Shown here: positions 1 to 10,614 of the stretch, piece after piece
Layout of the letters: the number at the start of each line of letters is the position of its first letter
Numbering within the stretch: the first letter of the stretch is position 1
Assembly: GCA_010093995.1 (NCBI GenBank)
Contig: ML992502.1
Span: 2,218,727 to 2,238,726, forward strand
Source: Elsinoe ampelina
Taxonomy: Eukaryota
Length of the DNA stretch: 20,000 bases
Direction of reading: 5' to 3'
The notes under the pieces: model-generated
The model's input: only the letters and a program-made list of their open reading frames with translations
Told to the model about the DNA's origin: nothing
Databases searched by the model: none
Program-made: the position numbers and the translations under genes

Positions 1-3000
1 GAGCTAGCGCTAAGACTATACTACGCTAATATAGCTCCTATAGAAAGTATAGCCGACACGGGAAATAATGCTATATATAAAGTACTTCTTGCTTATATTA
101 CTTAGCTTAAGAATATACTTAGTAGTTGCTTTCTAGTTATAGCGCTAGTACTACGTAGTTGTTTTAATAATATATAACTTAACGATATTTGTCTAATAAA
201 CCTACAAATTATAAGAGAGTATATACTAAACTTATACTACCTCGAGGCCTTAGAGTCTACTATTATAGCAAGAGTTAAGGAATTTATATATATATATAAT
301 AACATCTTTAAGATAGTACTAAATATCTACTTTAAAGAAGTTACTTAGTGCTATATAGCTACTAGCTACTTAAAAGGTTAGCTTAGCTATAATTAAAACT
401 CGTATACTAAGAGCGCTAGCGTTATACCCTTATAAAGCCTAATATAGTTCTAGCTTTAGGACTAAGCCTAGAGTCCTAAAAACTATAGTAATAGCTACGT
501 AGTAAAGTTCTTTACATCGCGCTAGTGTAGAGAATAGTTAATTACTAATTTCTATACGTTCCTTAATAGTTATAAGTTCTATATTAAGATAGTGCCGCTC
601 CTAGATAATGTCTACTATATATAGCTTATTACCTATACTACGCCGGAGCTACGCTTAGAAGTACTCTATTAAGGGAACCTACCTCTAATTAAGGTAGAAC
701 TTCTAGTATATCTATTCTATTTAGAGTAGAACCTACCGGGCTACTTTAACTCTATATAGGAGTAGTATAAGTATAATGCCGGAGAGAAGACTAATACTTT
801 TACTAAAAGGCCTTACTATAATAAAGACTATAAGGGCTAAAAGGACTAGTAGAGTAGCGCTAACGCTACCTCTATAGCTCCCCGACCTAGTGCTACTTAC
901 TCTTATAATATCTATAAGAGCCTAGACTATTAGGTGCTAAACTATCTCTAGAAGGACTTTTCGAAACGGATAGTGTTCTTACGTTTACTAATCCTAAGTA
1001 ACTCTAGCGCGATATAGGATATATACTAAATTTGTACTAACGTTATAGTTAACCTACCTAAAGGCCCTATCGAAGGGGTAGCTCTAATAGATAGTAGCGC
1101 CGATAGTAACTTTATTAGCTAGCATTTTGCTATATGCTATTATATCGCTATCGACCCTCTAGTAGTATACTAAGTACGTAGCTTAGACAAATACGAATTA
1201 ACTACCTATAGATATATCGAGTTAGTCTTTACTATTAAGGATAGTAAAGAAACAACGTAGGCGTTACGCTAGCGGTTTAAAAGTGTTAATATAACTAGTT
1301 ATAATCTTATATTAGGCCTACTATAGCTATTGTCCTATAACTCTAAGATTTAGTAGAGCGCTAGTATATAGAGGCATTATACTAGCGCTATATAGGTGTT
1401 AATCCTAGATGTACTCTTCTTCTCCTAGGAGCTAAATTAGTCTAACGCTTAGCTCTATCTAGTATATATATACTAGGACAAACCCGGCGCCCTAACTCTA
1501 CTATACTAGCTTAATAACTATATAGATGTTTTTAATAAGAGTATAGTAATAGTACTACTAGGTAATAATTTTACTTACTCTATTAATATTAAAGAGAGAG
1601 AATAGCTACCCTAGGGACCTATCTACTCCCTTAGTAAGAAGGAGCTTTAGGTACTTTAAAAGTATATAGATAATAGCTTAGTAATAGGTTAACTCTAGTA
1701 TAGTACTAGCTCTACGAGGTCTTCTATTCTATTTATTCTAAAGAAGGATAGTTCGCTATGCCTATATATTAACTATTATAGGCTAAATAATGTTACTATT
1801 AAGAACTATTACCTCTTACCTCTAATTGCTAAGATGCTTAATTATATTAAGAATATATACTTATTTAGTAAGCTAGACCTTATAGATGTCTACTATAGGG
1901 TATATATCTAGTATAGCGATAAATAGAAGATAGTATTCTATTATTACTATAGCTACTTTAAATATACTATTATACCTTTTAGCCTTACTAATGCCCTAGC
2001 TACGTTCTAGACTTATATATATTAGTACTTAAGTAGCTTAGTAGACTACTACTATATTATATACCTAGATAATATTCTAATCTACGCTAGTAACAAGTAA
2101 GAGTATTACTAGGCTATTAGAAGCGTACTAAACTACCTACGTAAGAATAGCCTCTATATAAAACTAAAGAAGTATATCTTCGAGGTAATATAGGTAGTAT
2201 TCCTAAGCTACGTTATTAGTAGTAATAGCGTTATAATAGAGTAGCTCTAGGTATAAGCCGTCGCTAACTAGCCTACCTCTACTAGCCTTAAGGAGTTATA
2301 AACCTTTCTTGGATTTGCTAATTTCTACTATTAATTTATTAAGAGCTTCTCCTATGTAGTACTACTACTAACTATACTTACGCGAGAGTTAGTCTAAGAG
2401 AAGTAAGTAGGCCTATTTCTATAGAGTAACGATATAGTATAAGCCTTCGATAGGCTTAAAGCTACCTTTATATAAGCGCCTATACTATGCTACTTTTTAT
2501 TAAGTAAGCCTCTCTAGCTCGAGACTAACGCTTTAGATTTTATACTTTCTAGAGTAATCTCCTAGTAAAATAAAGATAATACTCCTACGTAACACTAGTA
2601 CTCTATAGCGTTCTAGTCCTAGAAGCTATAAGGTATAGAACTAAACTATACTACCTATAACAAAGAGCTTCTCGCTATTATAGAAGTAATATAGTACTAG
2701 CGCTAGTACTTACTTAGTACTACTACTCTAATTAAAGTCCTCTTTAACTATAATAACCTTAAGTATTTCCTAACTACTAAGAAGCTTTTATAATACTAGG
2801 CCTACTACGCTAAGGTACTAGCATAGTTTAATATTATTATCTAGTACTATAGTAGAAAGACTAACCTAGCTAATAGCCTATTATGTAGGCCTAACTACTA
2901 TAAGCATAAAGAAGATATATAGGAAGAGTACTATATATTAGTTTCTCTCTTAAAGTAAGTATTATAAACGTAAAGTAAAGAAGTTATACCTATATCTATT

Positions 3001-4974
3001 ATAGACAAGGAACCTAAGGCTAGTAAGGCCCGAGAAGATAGTAATAAAGCTAGTATAGCTTATATGCCTTAAACTACTCTCTAACGTAATACGCTTATAT
3101 AATTCTAGCGTACCTCTAGAATAGCGCCTATAAGTCTACCTATTACCTTAGAAGCGCTATAGCTATACTAAGAAGAGTTAGAGCCTCTAGAGTAAGAAGA
3201 GTAGTACTTAGAAAGCACTTACGTAAATCTCTCTCTAAGCCTAACTAATAATGTTAAATTAGAACAATATATATCTACTTTAGTATCCTAGGACATGCTA
3301 CTACTTACCTAGGAAATAATAGAGAGCTAAGGGCATAAAGATAATATAACGCCTATATAACTCCGGGATACCTTTAGTAGAAAGCCCGCTATAATTTTAG
3401 ACTAGAGTTAGTAGATTATATACCTCTATACTATATAAGTACTAGCGGATAAGACTATATATATCTCTTCTACTCCTATATTACTCCGGGACCTTATCTA
3501 CGTAATATAGTAAAGAGATACTTTTACTTATAGTAAGAAATAGAAACTTCTAAAAGAGAAAACTTTAACTAGTAATAGTACTACCTCTAAGTAGAGCCTA
3601 TCTAGTAATAGCTTACTCTAGAATAGAGATAGAGTATATATCCTAGAAGAAACTACCTTAAGAGTAGAGCTTATATAGTATAATTATAATAACTCCTTAG
3701 GGAGTTACTTTAGCTATATAAAGACTTACTTTAATATAAGGAGGAAGTACTAGTAGCTAGGTATATCTATCGCTACGAAAGTGTATATTAAGCGCTATAA
3801 TAGCTACTAAAGGCATAAGGCAATATAGTATAAGCCTTATAGCCTCCTATAACTCTTACTAATTCTACTTATACTTAAGGCCTTATAATACTAGTCGCTC
3901 GATTTTATTACTAGCTTACCCTTAGTAGAGCTTTAGCCTAGTATTATTATAGATACAATTATTATATATGTCTATTACTTATCTAAGTTTAGTATCTATA
4001 CGCCGACGTTAACTAAGCTTCATACTAGGGACTTTACTAATCTATTTAAAATAGATATTATAACGTTATTTAGAACGCTAAAGATACTAGTCTTAGATAG
4101 AGAGTCTATCTTTATAAGCAAATTCTAAAGTGCGCTATACTAGCGCTAGAAGGCGTAATATAAGCTTAGTACTATTTTCTATCTATAGATAGATAGCTAA
4201 ACTAAAAGGCAAAACTAGACGCTAGAGTAGTACCTACGCTACTTTATCGACTATTACTAGATAGACTAGCTATACTAGGTTAAGTAGGCGCAATTCGTAT
4301 ATAATAATACATATTAAGTATTACTATATACTACGCTAGTGTAGTTCTTATTTACGTAGGAGATATACCTACCTAATAATATTAAGGCGCTAGTGCTACC
4401 TAGCTATACGCTAGTATATAACCTATTAGTTAATAACTAAGTATAATCTATTACCGAAACGCGCGTAGAGCTTGCCCGACACCTACGTAAAGTATAGAAA
4501 GACTAAGCGCTAGCCTATAATAGAGGTTAATAAGTAAAAGTCTTTTATAATAGCGACAAGGTTATACTTAGCACTAAGAACCTTTGTAGCGCTAGACCTA
4601 GCTATAAGCTATTAGCTAAGTATATTAGCCCGTTTATAATTGTATAACGAATTAGTATATAGGTGTATAAGCTACGCTTACTAGATAAAATAAAGCTAAT
4701 CTATAACGTCTTTAACGTTACGCTACTAGAGCTATATAGGCGTAGTAAGGGTATACACCTACTACCCCTAGAGGTAGAAGAGTAGGAAAAATATATTATT
4801 AAATATATTTTTAGTAAGAGCTATACTAGTACCTCGAAGGCGCTATACTACCTAGTAAAGTAGTAGAGTTACTCTATAGAAGAAAGTATATAGAAGCTAG
4901 TAAAAAACCTTATAAATGCTAAGGAATTGCTATACAAATATAAGGTAGCTTAGTATAAGTATAGCGCTAGCTAA
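1..4974 (+). pseudogene. gag-pol polyprotein relic of copy A (frame +1, many RIP-derived stops; 3' end approximate)
   Basis: RIP-altered residues in brackets. Zinc knuckle (C)NI(C)KS(P)D(H)(W)xxN(C) at 904-945; PR ALIDS(G)ADSNFIS at 1081-1119; RT ILFx(P)KKD(G)SL..L(C)x(D)Y..LN at ~1725-1790 and YLD(D)ILIY at 2062; RNase H ET(D)A(S) at 2521 and NYTT(H)(D)KELLAI at ~2644; IN SLDFIT(G)LP at ~3895, V(S)DR(G)SIF at ~4090, T(A)F(H)(P)(Q)(T)D(G)(Q)T(E)RQN at 4171; YI(G)PF at 4621; chromodomain YLVK(W)x(G)YSxEESx(W)(E)(P)V(E)NL at 4849-4911. Confidence 0.93.
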
Positions 4975-5166
4975 ACACTCTAGACACACTTAGGATTAAT
5001 AAGTTAAAGGCACAAATTTTAAAGTAAAGAGTACCTAGGCGTAGCGCTAGATTAGCTCGGAGTATTATTAGCTTATATAGGGAGAACGCTAGCGTAGCAA
5101 AAACTATAGAATTATACTAAAGCGAAAAGGGTATAGCATAGGTATAGCACTCTAGCTCTCTCTACC

Positions 5167-6037
5167 TTAACTATCTATATTATCTACTTTAGTCTTATTC
5201 TTATTATTCTCCTTAACACTATTAATATGCCTAGTTAGTGCCCTTATAGCATTATTAATCGCCTACGTAGTAGTAACTTACTTATTCTTAGTAACTACCT
5301 ATAAGAAAGTTAGTATAGCTTAGGCGTTATAGAGGCGCACTTCTAGACTTATATAATTAACTAAAGTCTTAAGCATAAAGCTAGTATTACTAATTATACC
5401 TAGGCGTAGCGCCTTTACTAGCTGCTTAGTATTAACTTTAGGGGCGGAGAGCGTAGTAATAGCGCTATTATAGCGTAAAGAAGTTATACTATTACTATTA
5501 CTCTTATTAACTACCTTACTCTTACCTTTAGCGTTAGACTTGCTCTATATATGCTTAGCGCTAGTCTTCTCGTATATATAGTTAGTATAGGTAGTAATCT
5601 AGCGCTTTAGAAGAATAATGTCCTTCTTAGAAGTAATAGCGTCGTTATAGAGTAGTATATATATAGTAAAGTATTTGTCCTAGAGCTTCTTAGTAGTAAC
5701 TTAATCCTTAGAGTTAAGCTTAGTAGGCTACTAAAGTTAGTATAAAGTAGACATAGCGTAGGCGTAGAGTATACCTAGTAGTAGTGTTTATTACTATAAC
5801 TATAACAATTATAGTAGGTAGCCTTAGCCTTAGTAATCTAGTAGAGAGGATCTTTAATAGGGAGTATACTATCTTTAAGCTAGAGGTACTTATTAATAGC
5901 AATAGCGTAGCGTAAGCATAGTATAGAGTACTAGTCCTAGTTAGTAAAATTGCTCTTATAAGGTCTATAAAGAGTTAGCGCCGGCGTAGCGTAAGTACTA
6001 TATATAATACTTACTCCTTAGGAACTTTAGAGGCTAT
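5167..6037 (-). pseudogene. Putative spliced antisense accessory gene inside element A (4 exons, about 240 codons, Cys-rich zinc-cluster-like N-terminus), RIP-damaged
   Basis: Three short intron-like segments on the minus strand: 6014-5965 (GTAAGT..GCTAAC..TAG, 50 nt), 5774-5728 or 5731 (GTATAC..ACTAAC..TAG, 47 or 44 nt) and 5352-5299 (ATAAGT from GTAAGT..ACTAAC..TAG, 54 nt). Removing them joins one frame from ATA (inferred ATG) at 6037. Its internal stops are all TAG/TAA, explainable as RIP products of CAG/TGG/CAA. The true stop position is uncertain. Confidence 0.7.
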
Positions 6038-6347
6038 AGTTGTTAAAGTATATAAGCGTATAGAAGGTAAGCTAGCGTAGAGCTAGAATAATAAAGAGAA
6101 AAAAAAATTTACTATATAGGTACTACGCTAGGTTAGTAAATAAACAACTAAATAGATAAGCCCGATAGCTAGATCTATAGTAGCGTAGGCTTAGTATATA
6201 CACTAAGTCTCCCCTACTAGCCCTTAGGCTAGTAAGACCTAGTCTATACTATATAGCACCTAAAATAGGTTACTAGTATAGTGTTAGACCTACGTAAGTA
6301 TAGAGCTAGCGTTAAGTAGAATACTTATATAAAGGAAGTATTATAAA

Positions 6348-6380
6348 GGAGAAAAGAAGAAGAGAAGGAAAAGAGAAAGA
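6348..6380 (-). promoter_or_regulatory. Pyrimidine-rich (CT) tract upstream of the putative antisense gene; candidate promoter/5' UTR element
   Basis: Plus strand GGAGAAAAGAAGAAGAGAAGGAAAAGAGAAAGA is a CT-only tract on the minus strand, about 310 nt upstream of the inferred start. CT boxes are common in filamentous-fungal promoters. Function is inference only. Confidence 0.3.
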
Positions 6381-6680
6381 TATATATCTAGCTCTAAGCT
6401 AAGACTAATCCGGAGAATAATAGGTAGTAGTATATAATAATAAATAGATTCTTATATATAAAAATAACAACGTAAGAGCGCTATATTCTATATATAAAGA
6501 ATTATACTATTATTACTATATCTAGTATACAAAGAATGTTATAGGCTACTATAGGTGTACTATATATACGAAAAGTACGCTACGCCTAAGAGGCGCTAGT
6601 AAGATGCTCTTTCCTAGTTTTCTCCTATACTAGGTTTTCTAGGTTTTATTAAGGCTTATAGACGTAAGAGCGTGCCTCTT

Positions 6681-6696
6681 AAAGGGGAAGAATAAT
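6681..6696 (+). other. Polypurine tract of copy A
   Basis: AAAGGGGAAGAA lies just upstream of the 3' LTR start at 6697. Confidence 0.85.
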
Positions 6697-6894
6697 TATA
6701 AGAACTAACGTAGTAAGTACGCTACGCTAGCTTACTCTAGAGATACTATTCTCTATAGAAGAATAAAACACTCCTTACCTATAGAATAGATAGAGTAGAG
6801 ATTAGTCTTATAATAATCGAGAGTATACTAGTATAACGCCTATTCTACTTCTATACACTTGTCTTCCTAGCTCTAATATTCTACCTTCGTTATA
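6697..6894 (+). repeat. 3' LTR of copy A (198 bp; TGTA..TACA ends mutated to TATA..TATA)
   Basis: Same length as, and differing by transitions from, the reverse complement of 18141-18338. Confidence 0.95.
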
Positions 6895-9800
6895 TATAGC
6901 GCCTTTAGAGTACTAGTATAGCCCTTACCGAGGATATGTTTAATAATATATTCTTGTTGCCCTTCTACCTCTAGAGGTAGTAGGTATATACCCTTACTAC
7001 GCCTATATAGCTCTAGTAGTGTAATATTAAAGACGTTATAGATTAGCTTTATTTTATCTAGTAAGTATAGCTTATATACCTACGTACTAATTTGTTATAT
7101 AATTATAAACGGGCTAATATACTTAGCTAATAGCTTATAGCTAGGTCTAGTGCTACGAAGGTTCTTAGTGCTAAGTATAACCTTGTCGCTATTATAGAAG
7201 ACTTTTACTTATTAATCTTTATTATAGACTAGCGCTTAGTCTTTCTATGCTTTATATAGGTGTTAGGCAAGCTCTATATACGTTTCGGTAATAGATTATA
7301 CTTGGTTATTAACTAATAGGTTATACGCTAGCGTATAGCTAGGTAGCGCTAGTGCCTTAATATTATTAGGTAGGTGTATCTTCTATATAAATAAGAACTA
7401 CGCTAGCGTAGTATATAGTAACGCTTAATACGTATTATTATATACAAATTACACCTACTTAACCTAGTATAGCTAGTCCGTCTAGTAATAGTTAATAAAG
7501 TAGCATAGATACTACTCTAGCGTCTAGTTTTACCTTTTAGTTTAGCTATCTATCTATAGATAGAAACTAGTACTAAGCTTATATTATGCCTTCTAGCGCT
7601 AGTATAGCGCACTCTAGAATTTGCTTATAAAGATAGACTCTCTATCTAAGACTAGTATCTTTAGCGTTCTAAACAACGTTATAATATCTATTTTAAATAG
7701 ATTAGTAAAGTCCCTAGCGTTAAGCTTAGTTAATATTAGTATATAGATACTAAACTTAGAAAAGCAATAGACATATATAATAATTATATCTATAATAACG
7801 CTAGGCCGGAGCTCTATCGAGGGTAAGCTAGTAATAAAATTAAGCGACTAGTATTATAAGGCCTCGAGTATAGGTAGGATTAGTAAGAGTTATAGAAGGC
7901 TATAAGGCTTATACTACGTTGCCTTATACCTTTAGTAGCTGTTATAGCGCTTAATATATACTTTCGTAGCGACAGATATACCTAGCTACTAGTACTTCTT
8001 TCTTATATTAAGGTAGGTCTTTATATAGCTAAAGTAACTCCCTAAGGAGTTATTATAATTATGCTATATAAGCTCTACTCTTAAGGTAATTTCTTCTAGA
8101 ATATATACCCTATCTCCGTTCCGGAGTAAGCTATTACTAGATAGGCTCTACTTAGGGATAGTACTATTACTAGTTAAGGTTCTCTCTTTTAGAAGTTTCT
8201 ATTTCTTACTATAAGTAAAAGTATCTCTTTACTATACTATATAGATAAGGTCCCGGAGTAATATAGGAGTAGAAGAGATATATATAGTCTTATCTACTAG
8301 TACTTATATAGTATAGAGGTATATAATCTACTAACTCTAGTCTAAAATTATAGCGGGCTTCTTACTAGAGGTGTTCTAGAGTTACGTAGGTGTTATACTA
8401 TCTTTATGCTCTTAGCTCTCTATTATTTCCTAGGTAAGTAGTAGCACGTCCTAGGATACTAAAGTAGATATATATCGTTCTAATTTAACGTTACTAGTTA
8501 GGCTTAGAGAGAGATTTACGTAAGTACTCTCTAAGCGCTACTCTTCTTACTCTAGAGACTCTAACTCTTCTTAGTATAGCTATAGCACTCCTAAGGTAAT
8601 AGGTAGACTTATAAGTGCTATTCTAGAGACATACTAGAATTATATAAGCGCGTTATATTAGAGAGTAGTTTAAGGCATATAAGCTATACTAGCTTTATTA
8701 CTGTCTTCCTAGGCCCTACTAGCCTTAGGTTTCTTATCTATAATAGATATAGGTATAACTCCTTTACTTCGTATTTATAATACTTACTCTAAGAGAGAGA
8801 CTAACGTATAGCGCTTTTCTTATATATCTTCTTTATACTTATAGTAGTTAGGCCTACGTAATAGACTATTAGCTAGGTTAGTCTTCCTACTATAGTACTA
8901 GATAACAATGTTAAACTACGCTAGTACCTCGGCGTAGTAGGCCTAGCGTTATAAAAGCTTCTTAGTAGTTAGGAAATACCTAAGGTTATTATAGTTAGAG
9001 AGGACTTTAATTAGAGTAGTAGCGCTAAGTAGGTACTAGCGCTAGTACTACGCTGCTTCTATAATAGTAAGAAGCTCTTTGTTATAGGTAGTGTAGTTTA
9101 GTTCTACACCTTATAGCTTCTAGAACTAGAACGCTATAGAGTACTAGTATTACGTAGGAGTATTACTTTTGTTTTACTAGGAGATTACTCCGGAGAGTAT
9201 AAAATCTAAAGTATTAGTCTTAAGCTAAAGAGGCTTACCTAATAAAAAGTAGTATAGTATAGGCACTTACGTAAAGGTAGCTTTAAGTCTATTAAAGGCC
9301 TATACTATATTATTACTCTATAGAAATAGGCCTACTTACTTCTCTTAGACTAACTCTTATATAAGTATAGTTAGTAGTAGCGCTACGTAGGAGAAGTCCT
9401 TAATAAATTAATAGTAGAAATTAGTAAATCTAAGAAAGATTTATAACTCCTTAAGGCTAGTAGAAGTAAGCTAGTTAGTAACAGCTTATACCTAGAGCTA
9501 CTCTATTATAACGCTATTACTACTAACGATATAGCTTAGAAATACTACCTATATTGCCTCGAAGATATACTTCTTTAGTTTTATATAGAGGCTATTCTTA
9601 TATAGGTAGTCTAGTATACTTCTAATAGCCTAGTAATACTCTTACTTATCGCTAGCGTAGATTAGAATGTTATTTAGGTATATAATATAGTAGTAGTCTA
9701 CTAAGCTACTTAAGCACTAATATATATAAGTCTAGAACGTAGCTAGGGTATTAGTAAGGCTAAAAGGTATAATAGTATATTTAAAGTAGCTATAGTAATA

Positions 9801-10396
9801 GCGGAATACTGTCTTCTATTTATCGCTATGCTAGATATATATCCTATAGTAGGTATCTATAAGGTCTAGCTTACTAAATAAGTATATACCCTTAATATAA
9901 TTAAGTATCTTAGCAATTAGGGGTAAGGGGTAATAGTTCTTAATAGTAACATTATTTAGCCTATAATAGTTAATATATAGACGTAGCGAACTATCCTTCT
10001 TAGGAACGAATAGGATAGAAGACTCTATAGAGCTAGTACTATACTAGAGTTAACTTATTACTAAGCTATTATCTATATACTCTTAAAGTACCTAAAGCTC
10101 CTTCTTACCGAGGGAGTAGATAGGTCTCTAGAGTAGCTATTTTCTCTCTTTAATATTAATAGAGTAAGTAAAATTGTTACCTAGTAGTACTATTACTATA
10201 CTCTTATTAAAAACATCTATGTAGTTATTAAGCTAGTATAGTAGAGTTAGAGCGCTAGGTTTATCCTAGTATACATATACTAGATAGAGCTAAGTATTAG
10301 GCTAATTTAGCTCCTAGAAGAAGAAGAGTACATCTAGGATTAACACCTATATAGCGCTAGTATAATGCCTTTATATACTAGCGCTCTACTAAATCT
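6895..10396 (-). pseudogene. pol relic of copy B (end of PR, RT, RNase H, IN, first half of chromodomain)
   Basis: Reverse-complement homology to A 1346-4847. Breaks just before the YLVKW chromodomain motif at the A LTR junction. Confidence 0.93.
10392..10396. repeat. Left target-site duplication of element C (AATCT)
   Basis: AATCT also occurs at 16589-16593. The uninterrupted sister copy A has a single AGATT at 1346-1350. Confidence 0.95.
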
Positions 10397-10600
10397 TAAT
10401 TACGACTAGTAAGATAAGAGAGTTAATTACGTCTATTCGTTAAGATATCGAGACTTAGAAGAAGAAGAAGAAAAGCTAGTATATAAAGCACATATAATAT
10501 TAAGGGCGAAGTAGCTAGAAGCCTAAGCTATAATACCGAGATTATATAACTAATCTAAACTATATCCTAACTAAATCTAGTTCGTATCTATCTTATATTA
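10397..10600 (-). repeat. 3' LTR of element C (204 bp)
   Basis: Direct repeat of 16385-16588. Ends TAAT..ATTA fit RIP-converted TG..CA. Confidence 0.95.
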
Positions 10601-10614
10601 CTACCTTCTCTCTT
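10601..10614 (-). other. Polypurine tract of element C
   Basis: Minus strand AAGAGAGAAGGTAG abuts the 3' LTR. Confidence 0.8.

Larger units (their letters stand above)
1..6894 (+). mobile_element. Ty3/Gypsy chromovirus LTR retrotransposon, copy A (family 1), RIP-inactivated; 5' LTR lies upstream of the window
   Basis: Domain order is gag-CCHC, PR, RT, RNase H, IN, chromodomain, followed by a 1.7-kb extra region, PPT and a 198-bp LTR matching 18141-18338 in reverse complement. Colinear with copy B. Confidence 0.95.

Noticed and set aside
5720..5902. Supplied 60-aa minus-strand ORF (hydrophobic, L/I/T-rich)
   Set aside because: It starts at TTG, is in a different frame from the splice-consistent Cys-motif frame and reads through an intron. 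Its composition is typical of RIPed AT-rich DNA, so it is not an env-like or membrane peptide.
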